Assembly (NCBI RefSeq): GCF_036321535.1
Contig: NC_087458.1
Location: 14,074,001-14,138,000, forward strand
Source of the DNA: Camelus dromedarius
Taxonomy: Eukaryota
Direction of reading: 5' to 3'
Length of the DNA: 64,000 nt
Under the pieces are notes generated by a model. It was not told where the DNA came from, did not search any database, and saw only the letters and a list, made by a program, of their open reading frames with translations. Shown in pieces: positions 36,885 to 47,700 of the stretch; position 1 is the first letter of the stretch; every line of letters starts with the position of its first letter. The position numbers and the translations under genes are program-made.

Positions 36885-39114
36885 CGTCGGCTGGTGAGCC
36901 GCGCCGGCCCGGCATCCCGGCCAAACCCGGGCCGGACCCGCAACGGATCACTCCACACCCACGGATTTCCACCCCCTCGCGCCCCCGACCCGGGGAAGGG
37001 CCCCCGCCCCCAAACATCCAAGCCGAGACTTGGAGATCAGAGAAAAATCAAACCAAATGGAGTTTCTAATAAACAGAGACTATGTGGGAAGGTTTAAATT
37101 CTACCAGAGGAGGGGGGTACAAATCAGTAAGTGGCCTTTCATTATCAAACCTACCCAGGTACGCACGCAAAGGTGCGCATATCCTGCAAAAGTAGCCTGC
37201 AAGTAAGTTTGTGGTCCTAGGTTTATCACGTAATCATTAAATCACTCACTATGCCTGTCTGTATTGTCTATTATTATAACTGTGAGTGTGTAAAAAGAAT
37301 TTTCTTTTTTGGTTTGGTTTTGTCTTTCGCTAAAACGCAATTCTGTTCTAATTTTTTACGGAAAACTACATTTTTTTTCTTTGCTTTCTAAAAAAGTCCT
37401 GTGTGTGCAGGAAAATACCGTCTCACCCTAGGCAAACTCAGTATTGTTCCAATCAATGAACCCCAAACTGCTGGGTCTTGGCTGGCGCGCAAATTGCAGA
37501 TGGGTTTTTTCATAATTAAGAAGCATCATAACGGAGAGAAGAAAAAAAAAATAGAGGAAGGAAGCAGGAGGTGGAGATGCCGCGGAGTGTCCGGCCAGGA
37601 TTCCGAGAATCAGGCGCGCTCAGCAGCCACGCGTGAGGGCGAAACCGAACACAAACAGACTCAGCGCAAAAGGGAATCCTCTCTGTCCTAACCTTTGCAC
37701 GTGTGTCAGTTTTGTTCCTTTAGTTTGTGGGGGCGGGGGCTTCGCCTTTTTTTAGGGTGGTGGGGTGCTTTGCCGCCTTTGTTGGCACGTTTCACAGCTA
37801 TTTAAACAAGGCCATGTCGCCCAGTAACAAAACCTTTGCGCGTGGTGTCCCAAAGGGCCTGACCCTCCCCGGTTGCCCTGCTATGCTCGGGTCGCTTTCC
37901 CCTTAGGGGACCCGGCCGCTGGCTCAGGAGCGGGGACGGTCACCTTGGGGCACAGGCAGGGAGGATTAGAAGTAACGAGATCTCAGTTAAAATATTCCGT
38001 ATTCTTTCTGCCCTGTCTCGGCGTCCAGGGGCAAGACCGGGCGCACGGAGCGGACGTGGGCCGGGCGGGGCGCACTGGACGAGCCGCGAAGCCCGCTCAG
38101 CGCAGAAGTTTGAGCGCGCCCTGCGCCAGGGCAGGGCCAGATCTGTCCCCCTGGCTCTTCCGAGGCTGCACGGAGTCGGGAAGTTTCCAAAAGGGCGGTT
38201 GAAAGGGAGGAACGCGGTGCGTGCGATTTCATTCCATCTGGGGAGTTGGGAGGGATTCCTCCCCGGGTCTGGTTTCTTCAGAAAAACTGTCCCATCCTCC
38301 GCCTTCACCCTGCTCTAGCGGTTCCGAGTGAGGGAAAGGGGCAGAAGTGACAAAACGAAAATCCCTCCCTCTAAAAAAAATTTTTCTTTGAACACCCATT
38401 CACCAAACTTAGAAAGCGTAGAGAGAGGGGGTGGGGGTTGGGGAGTGTGGAATCCCTGGCCTCAGTTCCGTTAGACCCGAGTGTGGGCTGAGGCCCTGGG
38501 CTCGCCGCTCTTACGTGGTCGCGGCGTAGGGACTCGGGAGGCCGAGGGTGGAGAGGGGACCCGCCGGACCCGAGATCTGGCTCCAGTTAATTAAAACCGA
38601 GACGAGGGCCCTGCCGAGCGGGCTAATCCCCGCGCTGCGCTGCCCACCGGCCCGGAAAAGCCTCTCCGCCGTACTCTAGGCTGAGACTGCGGATGGAGTT
38701 GGTGGAGGCGAGAAGCCGCCTCGAACTTGGGCGCTCCGGACCTCGGGTTTGTATTGTCGCCTCCAGGCCTCCGAAAAGACAGCTGCATTCACGAGACGTC
38801 GATCAGCTCTGTGATTAAAAATCTAGCCCTGGGTATTTTTAATCACTTGCCACTCAAACGCCTGCGAGCAATCTCGCCCGCCCCTCGCGGCTTTGGGGAG
38901 TTCGGTGACCGGTGCGTGAGGCCTGGGGCAGCTTGCCGGTTTTGGGTAGGAAGGACCCACAGGGACTGATGGATAGACGGGAAGTGGGCTCAACTGAGTG
39001 CATGCAGCGGGGCTCTCGTTCCCCTACTGCCGACCCGGTCCCAGGGAGGTGGGCTCCAGAGCTGGGGTCTGTCGGAAAGAAGGTGCGCCCGAGGCACACG
39101 GCCCGAACACTCAC

Positions 39115-39190
39115 CCAGCAGCGAGGAGAAGGAGGCTGACGTCTCGATGGCGCTTTGGAAGTTCTCCTCCATCTTCAGGCCGTCCAGCAT
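39115..39190 (-). CDS. LMX1A: LMX1A first coding segment (76 nt, codons 1-25 plus 1 nt)
   Basis: The minus strand from ATG at 39190 reads [26 protein letters not shown], which I recognise as the LMX1A N-terminus (human has D where this has E16). It ends at a canonical G|GTGAGT donor (GT at 39114-39113), phase 1. Confidence 0.97.
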
Positions 39191-39212
39191 GTTCGAGCTG
39201 GGCCGGGAGGAT
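39115..39212 (-). other. LMX1A: LMX1A exon 2 (98 bp; 22 nt 5'UTR + 76 nt CDS)
   Basis: Polypyrimidine tract and acceptor TTTCCTCTCCTCTACAG| end at 39213; donor GTGAGT starts at 39114. Confidence 0.9.
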
Positions 39213-39706
39213 CTGTAGAGGAGAGGAAACGACGCTTCTGGCGTCCGTGCTCTCTGGGACTCGGCTCCCGCAGCCGCCACACTCCTGGGGAAGGACAGAA
39301 GGAGTGTCCAGGGTGACCAGAATGAGCTGGGAGGGTAGAGTCCAGCCAAGAGAAATGTGGGGCGGGAGGAGAGAGACGAGTCACAGCGAACTGCTCTGAC
39401 TGATCTGATTTCACTCGAAGTCAACACGTTAAGTACTTAGGCCTCCGCCCCCCAACTGCGTTTCTCCTTCCTCTGCCCCTCACACTCCCCCCACCCGGTC
39501 CCCAGCCCCAGGTTCCCCATGCAGAGTCCGACTCCGCCCCAACCTATACTAATGGGGGCCCTAGGGACGCCTCTGCGGGAACACAGCTACTGGAGTAAGA
39601 CGGAGATAAAAAAGAGTGGGTGTTTTCCCTCGCGGGGCCGGGCCCAGGCACGCGGAACTACGAGGTCTATAGCCCGCGCCCGGACCCGCCGCGTTGCGTC
39701 GCTCAC

Positions 39707-39900
39707 CTGCCCCGGCCGAGGAGGGGCAGAGTAAGCGACCCGGAGAGCGTCCCGCCCGCTCCCGGACTCAGGGCGCTGGGATCTGCTGGGGGCGCGCGGG
39801 AGCGAGTGTGCGGGGCGCGCAGGGAGGTCCTCCCGCCGGTCGGCCGGTGCCGGGAATGTCTGCAGGAGCAAAGAAGTCGCCTCGGGGAGGAGCCGCGGCT
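39707..39900 (-). other. LMX1A: LMX1A candidate proximal alternative first exon (1b); TSS boundary approximate
   Basis: Strong donor CAG|GTGAGC (GT at 39706-39705). I recall human LMX1A having 5'UTR variants; the 5' end is not determinable here. Confidence 0.5.
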
Positions 39901-39989
39901 GGCCCTGCTCACTCTTGGATGCATTTCAAATCAACTTTCAGAAACACGCCCGCCCGAGCTGCAGCCTAGGAACAGGCAGCCTTCCTTAC

Positions 39990-40350
39990 CTGATGGGCGA
40001 GCTCGCTCCCCGGGGCAGGAGCCGAATGAAGTTGCCCAGCGCCGCGGGAGGCTTCGGCCGGGGGAGGCGAAGGCCCTCGAGGCTGCAGCTGGGGTGGCCG
40101 CCCCCGGCTCCGGCGCGCCCGGGAGGGAGCCGGAGCGAGCGCCGGCCCCTGGCTCCGCTCCTCGGCGCGCCCGGGCCGGGCCGGGACGTGGCCGCGGGCG
40201 GCCGGCCTTCTCGGGACGTCCTGCCCGCCCGCGTCGCTCCTCCGGGAAAGGAGAGGGCCGGATGCTTCTCCCAGACCAGAGGGAGGGTGGAGGCCCACGG
40301 TCCTGGGTGCGAGTCGGGCCCGGCTTGGCCGGGGCGGATCCGGCCGCTTC
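39990..40350 (-). other. LMX1A: LMX1A distal non-coding first exon (1a); TSS boundary approximate
   Basis: Strong donor CAG|GTAAGG (GT at 39989-39988) inside the CpG island, with no ATG in this interval. The 5' end is estimated, not seen. Confidence 0.65.
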
Positions 40351-40577
40351 TGACAGGGGCCGTGGCGCTGCGTGCGCGGCGGCGGGAAGGGGGTGGGGTG
40401 CGCAGGGAGGGGGCTGGGAGCGCGTCCCGTGCCGGGCCCGCGGTGCTCCCTTCCAAGCCCGGCTGCGCGGCCCACCTCGCCGCCACCGCCCGGTGCGCCC
40501 CTCGGCCGCGGCGACCTCCCGGGCACGCAGAGTTCCCTCCCTTCCACGTGTAACCGCTACCTCCGGGCGCGCTGACC

Positions 40578-40595
40578 CCGCCGCCGCCGCCGCCG
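40578..40595 (+). repeat. (CCG)6 trinucleotide tract upstream of exon 1a
   Basis: Six uninterrupted CCG units seen directly. Confidence 0.9.
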
Positions 40596-41189
40596 CCCGC
40601 GGCCCCGCGCCCTCTCTGCGCCTTAGGAGAGGTCTCCGCGCCACCTGGACCGCGTCGCCGGCCCGCGGGTTCCGCGGCCGCTCTCCAACCACTGCGTGTG
40701 GTAACGGCACTGCAAACCTCATCCGGGCCGGCGGAAAGGCCAAGAAGCTATTTGCCGCGTGTGGCTGTGGGACCCTACAGCTCGGAGCTACTCAAATCCC
40801 TTCTTCGTCACCCGGGGCTCCTACAAGTTTCCAACTTCCGTTGGGCTTGAAACCCGTTCACCGATGAGGTATGCAGATACCATAGGATCTGAGGCCAGAG
40901 CCAGAATCAGGCTCCTGGTAAAGGCTAAGTGGGATCTCACTCCCAGACGATGAGCTCGGAATAACCGCTGCTCAGGAAGTCAGCTAAGGGGGCATTCTTA
41001 GGGGAGAAAAACATCTTGGGGAGGACGGAAATGTGAACTCACTACACCTCCTAACCTTGGCCTCCAATGATGGAACTTTAGCCCCTGCAGGAGCAGAAAC
41101 AGGGTCTCCTGTGTATTCCAGGAGGTTAGCACTATGCGGGCCCAAAGTGGACGCTCAATTAAAAAAAAAAAATCGTAACACTGGCTAAC

Positions 41190-41320
41190 CCTTATGGAAC
41201 ATTTATTTTGTTCCAGGCTTGGTTTCATAATTAACTCATTTAATCTTTACAACAACCCTATGAGGTGAAGACGTATTAGCTCAATCCTACAGGTGAGGAA
41301 AACAGCACAGAAGGCACCTA
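41190..41320 (-). mobile_element. MIR (a second antisense fragment lies at ~41640-41740)
   Basis: AACTCATTTAATCTTTACAACAACCCTATGAGGT...ACAGGTGAGGAAA. Confidence 0.8.
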
Positions 41321-42319
41321 AATACTACAGGAAGCTTCAATTCAATGCAGTTCTCTGGGGGCCCCTCAGTTCCTGAACTGAACTGAATTGAAATTGCCAG
41401 GCACTTGGCAAGGTGAATCTGAGCGAAGGAGATGGCACGTAGCAACCGTTTTCTATCACCTGCTCCAAAGACAGGATCACTTCCTTATTTTTAAAGAAAA
41501 AGTACTGGCAGCGCTTCCTTGAACGTGCTTAGGGGGGCAGTGACCCCATTTTAAGTACTTTCCACCAGCAGGTGCAGGCCAAACACTGAGTATCACTTCA
41601 GAGTAACAAGGGAATAGGGCAGAGTTTAATACTTTACATTGGCACTCTGCTTTATACCGTTCAGGGTACTTTCACATATGTGATTTTACTTGATCTTTAC
41701 AACAAACCTGTGAAGCAGGCAGAACAAATAGTTTTATCTATTGTTTCAAATGAATCTTTGAGGCTTAGTAGGGCTGGGAGATTTCTCTGGTGTTGCCCAG
41801 ATGGCTAGTGGCATGTCCCCTGACCAACCTGTCCTTTGTTCTTTCTGCCACCTCAGATAAGAGCAGGGTGAGAAAAAAATATATGAATTAAAAGTATTCT
41901 TAGGATAATATATAAAATAGAAGTTAAGCAAGAAAAAGGCAAATACAATCATAAAGTGTATTTTTAAATGCCCCGCAGAGTTTTGGTTTCACTGAAGGTC
42001 TTGAACTTAGGAAATATATTAACTAGTGGTGAGAATGTTTCTTTTAGAGAATATCCTGAAAGAAGGTCGATTCTCATCTGATCTGGGACCCAGCTCTTTC
42101 AAACGGTCCTTGCATCTGGAAGGCATCTGATTAGTGGAGATTATGCAAGTGTTCGGTGGAAATGCCTCTCCCCAGCTGGCCCTTGGGCACCTCAGGATGG
42201 AGATCTCATGATCACGTCATGAGCTCTAGGATCCTTAGTGCAGAGCCAGGCACATGTATGTAATTAACATATTTACTCAACTGATGGATGAAGGATGCAC
42301 TCACTATATGGGGGGCAGG

Positions 42320-42480
42320 GAGACGATGGCAGTAAAGGTGAAAACACAGTGGATCAGGAATCAGAGGACCTCAGTTTCATTCCCGCCTCTACCACTGAGT
42401 CTGTTGGGTCATCAGTTCACCTATCTGGGCAACAGTACTTCCTCTCTGAAATAATGGGGCTGTGCTACGTGGTCTGTAAG
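42320..42480 (+). mobile_element. MIR (degraded)
   Basis: tRNA-like head, TCAGTTCACCTATCTGGGC...CTCTGAAATAATGGGG. Confidence 0.55.
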
Positions 42481-44689
42481 ACCCTCATGGTGTATAGTTC
42501 GTGTAATCAGACTGGCTTTGGACAATGGGGTGGGCAGTAGAACCAGTGGGTCCTTATCAAGTGCTCTGCAGAATTTGTCAAGGTGTGGACTAGCTGATGT
42601 GTCGAAGTGATGTGTCTAAACCAATAAAGATACACCTTGTTTATTCACAGTTTTCTCTTGTACGATTTATTTTACCTTTCCCAATGAATTGGGGATCACG
42701 GATCCCTCTTCTAAACTTCTACCCCAGTGCTGTTTCACTCTGGCCTTAGTCAACTCAATAACAGGAAGGGTGAATAGTTATATTTCCATCTGTGAAAGAG
42801 CCTTCTGATCATGCCTCATCGTTTTCCATTTTAATCTCAAACACCATTATTTTACCTTTTTAATGAAAAAAGATGCCATAGGGCCATCACCCAGAAGTTT
42901 TTACAAAAAACAAGCCATGTTCTCCCTTTTATCAGAAGTGTGTTTCCCCCAAGAATTTTTGGTAGTGACGTAAACAGGCTTTAGAAGAGGCTTCCCCAGT
43001 TACAGACTTTTAGAATTGGAAGTGACCTTAAATCTTCTCTGGCCCAACTATTTAGTTTATATTGGTCAAATTCATTCCCCTAGAGCTCCACCTCCTGTCC
43101 GTTGATTGCTCAGGGTTGGCCACTCAAAATGTCAAATCCTGGTTCCAAGACCTGTCAGATGTGGGCAGAGCAACCCTCTCCATCCTGTTCACTTTTCCCT
43201 GAACCCACTGCAGTTTTTCTCTATCTCACAAATTATGGCAGCCAGGCCTGTTGCAACTTTCCAGTGATAACTGTGTTCGGGACCTCTTCTCTTTCCTCTG
43301 GCGGTAAAACACTCATAGCATGGCCTGATTTTGCGGTGGCATTTTCAGTGGCTAGCTGCTGTTGACTCACACTGTACATGTTATCAACAAAACCTGCTCA
43401 GTCCTTTTCCACACAGGCTGCTGGTAAGCCACATCTTCCCCAAATTGCAATTACACAGTTGGTGTTTGGCCTCAAGTATGCAAACTTACATTTATCCCTG
43501 GTAGGAGATAGGCAGCTGTTCCAAACATCAGGCATTTTGCAACTTCAAGCAGATTCCAAGAGATCCAGGGGCTGTGCTGTAAGGAGGAAATGTGGTACCC
43601 TTGCCTGGCTAGTCCAGAAGCTGCCATCATTAGAGGACAGGCAAGGGCCAATGACTGAAGAGTAACCAGGGGGCCCCAAGAGGGTGTGCAGCAACCTCGG
43701 AACCTGGGGGTACTTCTTCAAGTGGAAGGTGTCCTGACCCGGATCAAGTTCTCTCCGATCACATGGCTTCAGTCAAGAAGCAATCTGCAGAAGATCCAGA
43801 TGAGACAAGCAGACCAGCCAAGGAGCTACCCTCTTTCCTGTGGCAAAAATAACCAAAAAACAAAACAAAACAGGGAAGTAACACTGTCAGGCTTGGGGAG
43901 AGGGGTGGGGATGGAACAGTGAGCCGGAGACTGGAGACCCATGCTTGGTGGGAGGGAGGCAGAAGGCGAGGGAGAAGGACATCCTGCTACAGAGTGGAGA
44001 TGACAGGAACATGTTTTTTTACTTTCCTTTTCTTGCTCTCATTTCTGTGTTTTATTAAGGGAAACACAAAGGGAAAATTGTGTTATTTGTTAAAAAATGT
44101 CAAAGTGCATTTGGAGCAAGAGGAAAAAAAGCAGACACGTTACTGCCTAGACAGAGAAGGCAGTGCTCTAAATGGGGGTGGCCAGAGACTAGGGTGGTGG
44201 GGGACACACTGGAAATGCAAACTCTCCTGACCTCTGGATGCTTTTCCCGGGAACCTCCTGGCCCTGCGCTGACATTCAGATCTCTTGAAGGAGCTGGAGG
44301 ACCAGGTGCCTCGGCATTTTCTTGAGTGAAAGGGGGCATCCAGACCAGCTGCTGGAAGAGGAAGGAAATCAGGCGATGCCTAAGCCAGATTCTCCTGCCA
44401 ACATGGCAAGGACGGCCCTAGGCATGGGGGGGACTCATCCAGGCAAACAAAGGCACCATTTAAAGCACCACATTCTTTGGCTCTTGTAGTAGGGTCATCT
44501 ACATGCCCACTTTATCTCCCTGTTGGACTGTGAGCTCTTTCAGAAAAGGGTCCATGTCAGAGTCTTCTGTGTTTCTCCTGTGCCCAGCACGATGCTTTAC
44601 ACACCAAAAAGACCCAACGAATATTCGTTGACCACATCAAGAATGCCCTAAATTTGAGTCTACTCCATTGCCCAAGTGGGTGTACTGGA

Positions 44690-44870
44690 AAGAACACGCC
44701 TGGTCTTTGGAAACAAAGAAGACTGAGTTCAAATCCCAGCTGGGACATTTGTAAATAGTTTCATCTTAAGTCCCCCATCCTCTCTGTGTTCCGGTTTCCT
44801 TATCTGTACAAGGAGGGGAATTCCTCAAGAGTTACTAGAGATGATGGATGTGAAACATCTAACAATCTGT
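44690..44870 (+). mobile_element. MIR
   Basis: GAGTTCAAATCCCAGCT...CTCTGTGTTCCGGTTTCCTTATCTGTACAA. Confidence 0.7.
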
Positions 44871-45129
44871 CTAGTTAACTTCATGTTTGAACATCCTTTA
44901 CATCTCCCTCTCACCTCCCCATGAATAGGGGGGTGTAGTTTCTGAAGGAAAGTTTTCTTGGCTTTGCCCTGTTCTCTTGAGCAAACAGGAGCCATGCCAG
45001 CATTCAGACAGAGCCCAGGTGCCTAATGATAGCAGTTGTCACTGGGTAACTGAGGCATTTCTGTGCCTGGGATAGACTGTGATATCTCGCTGGGAGATTG
45101 GCCAGGGGGTTACAGGATGGGTCGTGGGG

Positions 45130-45330
45130 TCACACAGACCTCGGGTTGAGCTTTGACTCTGCCACTTACAATGGCCTTGGGCAAGTTCCTTAATCTCTCC
45201 AACCCTCAATTTCCCCATTTAATAAACTGGTGAAATAATTGGAGTGTTTCTGTGTGTGTTAAATGAAATAATACATACAGAATACCTAGCACAGTGATAG
45301 GCACATAGTAAGAGTTCAATGAATTTCCGT
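45130..45330 (+). mobile_element. MIR, nearly full length
   Basis: CAGACCTCGGGTTGAG...CTCTGCCACTTAC...CCTTGGGCAAGTTCCTTAATCTCTC...CACATAGTAAGAGTTCAAT. Confidence 0.85.
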
Positions 45331-47119
45331 TGCCTCCATCGTCATCATCATCATCAGACAATAAGGACCTCTAGGACCATGTTTTATTTACATCTGTGGC
45401 CCTAGTACCTAGCACTTAGGCACTGGTATCCAGAGAATGTGACTTGAATTGAATCAAACTGAATACCGAGTTGAATTAAGACAGTCTTTGGCACTGAGCG
45501 AGGTTCAGGTGCTGTCTGACTTCTGGTTCCACCTACAACCTGAGAAGGGATTTCTTTTGGAACAATGCCACATGCTCCTAACGAGCCCCCAGACTGCAGG
45601 CTTCCTGCAAGAGTCCCTCACTCTTGGGCTTTGACCAACCCTTTTTTGACGCCTATAGATACTTCACACAAGATACCAGGAACTTGGATGCGATGGGGGA
45701 TGGGTCGGGGGTGGTGCAAGGAGTAAACTCTCCAGGCACCGAAACAGAGAAGGATCTGTGAAGAGATGGGGTCTCATTCCTCTGCCCACCACACTCAGTT
45801 GCCATGCAGGCAATGGTGAATGTGTCTGTGGATTAAGAGGCAGGCCCTGGACACCAGGCCCAGCGGAAGAGTTGGGGGCGTGGCTATAGCCTTTTGCAGC
45901 ATTGAGGTGTCCAGTGCTGGGGCGCGGCAGCTCTGAACAAGCCTCCCAGGCAGGCATTGCCCAGGGGTAGCTCTGGGCTGAGCAGGTGCGGCACCCACCA
46001 CCCCAGTAGCAAGAGCCCAGCTACGTACAAGTATTTTCAGGAACAGAGGAACCCTACCTGCATCTCCACCCATCAAGGACCAGAAACCAGAGTGGCTGCT
46101 GCCAGAACACCGAGGTTGCCCCTTACCCATTAACCTACACGTGCCCTCATTTCTTCTGATGAATATACCCTGTTTGTCCAATTGTTAATTTATTTCCATA
46201 ATATATCCCACCTCATTTCCAAAAAAAAAGATTTGAGGTGGTGTACAAATACGACCAATACTGAAATGGATTTTGTAAACATTAAAATTATATACTAGGA
46301 ACAGAAAAGCAAATCTTTCCCCAAATAATAACCCAGGGCTAGTCTTTTCATTGTGATAGAATGTTAAATGTCACTCTGAGTTTACAGGGTGAAACAGAGA
46401 AAAGCTAAGCCCTACCAAATTGCTCTGATCACATCTAACTGTGTGTCAATTATATGTATATGTCTAGTTGGCTAAAAGAACAAAACTATATACTGCATGG
46501 CAATAGAGATCAAGTCTGCAACCTCATTCACAGTGCTGGAGAATTTTTACTTTTATATGACTGTATCTCTCTCCTTCTGAAAAGTTAACATAAAATTGAA
46601 GATGTATACAACAAACTAATCAAACAGAACTATGAGGTCAGGAATAGAGAAAACAGACACTGCAGATATGCTAAATATGAGTTAAAAGTTGCCTCTGGAG
46701 GGCAGGAGTTCTGTCTATGTCTTGCTTACCTAGTGATCTAACATCGCTCTGAGTACATGTTTGGCAACTGTTTTGTTTTGAATGAGCAAATGAATACTAT
46801 GGTTGAGAGTCAGATTTGCCTCTGAGCTTCCTGGTGGCTAGAGCAAAAAGGGAAATAGCCACTCTATGAATATTTTTGCACCAGTATTAGAGTCATGACT
46901 GTGGATTTGTTTGAATAAAGAATAAAGTGTATCCTTAATCATCATAGCTCTAGATCCCTGTACCCAATGGGTAAACAGAGAACCTTTCTACCCCAATCTT
47001 CTGCAGTTTTCTTGCAAAAAATGAATATTTGATGCATGAACATCTTAATGAGATCATTAAAGAGTCTTTGAGTCATCTAAAGTATAATCATTGCCACCTT
47101 CCTTATCCTGTAAATAATT

Positions 47120-47700
47120 TATCTACAATCCTTTTTGAACCTTGAAGAACGGGGGAAAATTTGTCCAGAGGTTATTGAAAGTGAAGAAATTCCAGGCAGA
47201 TGGCAGGCAGGGCTTGAGTGAAAGCACAAAGGGCAAAGGGTTAGGTGAGGTGGAGGATCTCTGTGAACAAGGGGAAGTGAGGCAAGCCAGGAGGTCTGAA
47301 CACTGCACCTTAGAATTTATTACTTTGTAGGTAATGGAGGGCCTTTGAAAGTTTTGGACTGGAGGAGTCAAATGTTAGGCGCATGGTCCAAGATAACTAA
47401 ATCTGGTAGCAGTGTGGCTGATAATTCAAAGGAAGAAGAAAGGGGAGGTAGAACAGAGAAACTTCATTACTCTAGTTTAAGTAAGAAATCCAGGGCCTGG
47501 ACCGGAGCAGGGACAGCAGAAAGGAAGGGGGATGGATGTAAAAGACAGCACAGAAGCCAAGTCAGCAAAGCTCAGTGTCCGCTGAGCTGTGGCGTGGGGG
47601 AAAAGGAAGGAGAGAAGGAATTGAGGAAGCTGGGGTAATGATGAGGCAGTCACAGAAGGAGGAAATGCTGGAGGAAGAGCAGCTGGATGGGGTGCAATGA
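47120..47700 (-). mobile_element. L2 internal fragment
   Basis: Purine-rich L2 antisense motifs (GAAATTCCAGGCAGA, TTGTAGGTAATGGAGGGCCTTTGAAAGTTTTG). Confidence 0.7.

Larger units (their letters stand above)
36050..40900. promoter_or_regulatory. LMX1A: Large CpG island spanning the LMX1A promoter, exons 1-2 and the inferred LIM1 exon
   Basis: Dense CpG and very high GC by eye, especially 36.2-37.0, 37.9-39.3 and 39.6-40.8 kb, with AT-rich interruptions near 37.1-37.5 kb. No obvious TATA box. Typical of a Polycomb-regulated developmental TF locus. Confidence 0.9.

Noticed and set aside
36203-37097. Long ORFs (288, 254, 164 aa) around the LIM1 exon position
   Set aside because: Inflated by reading through 220 Ns and GC-rich flanks.
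38990-39427. 145-aa ORF containing MLDGLKMEE as a possible longer first coding exon
   Set aside because: The upstream part crosses a canonical acceptor at 39213 and the downstream part crosses the donor at 39114, so only 39115-39190 is supported as coding.
39986-40486. Exon-1a frame is stop-free and would splice in frame to the LMX1A ATG
   Set aside because: All three minus-strand frames are open here and there is no ATG, so openness is uninformative. Near-cognate initiation cannot be assessed without Ribo-seq.
39620-40867. 415-aa plus-strand ORF and overlapping 166-270-aa ORFs on both strands
   Set aside because: Arg/Gly/Pro/Ala-rich reads through a CpG island where nearly all frames are open because stop codons are depleted; no recognisable domain.
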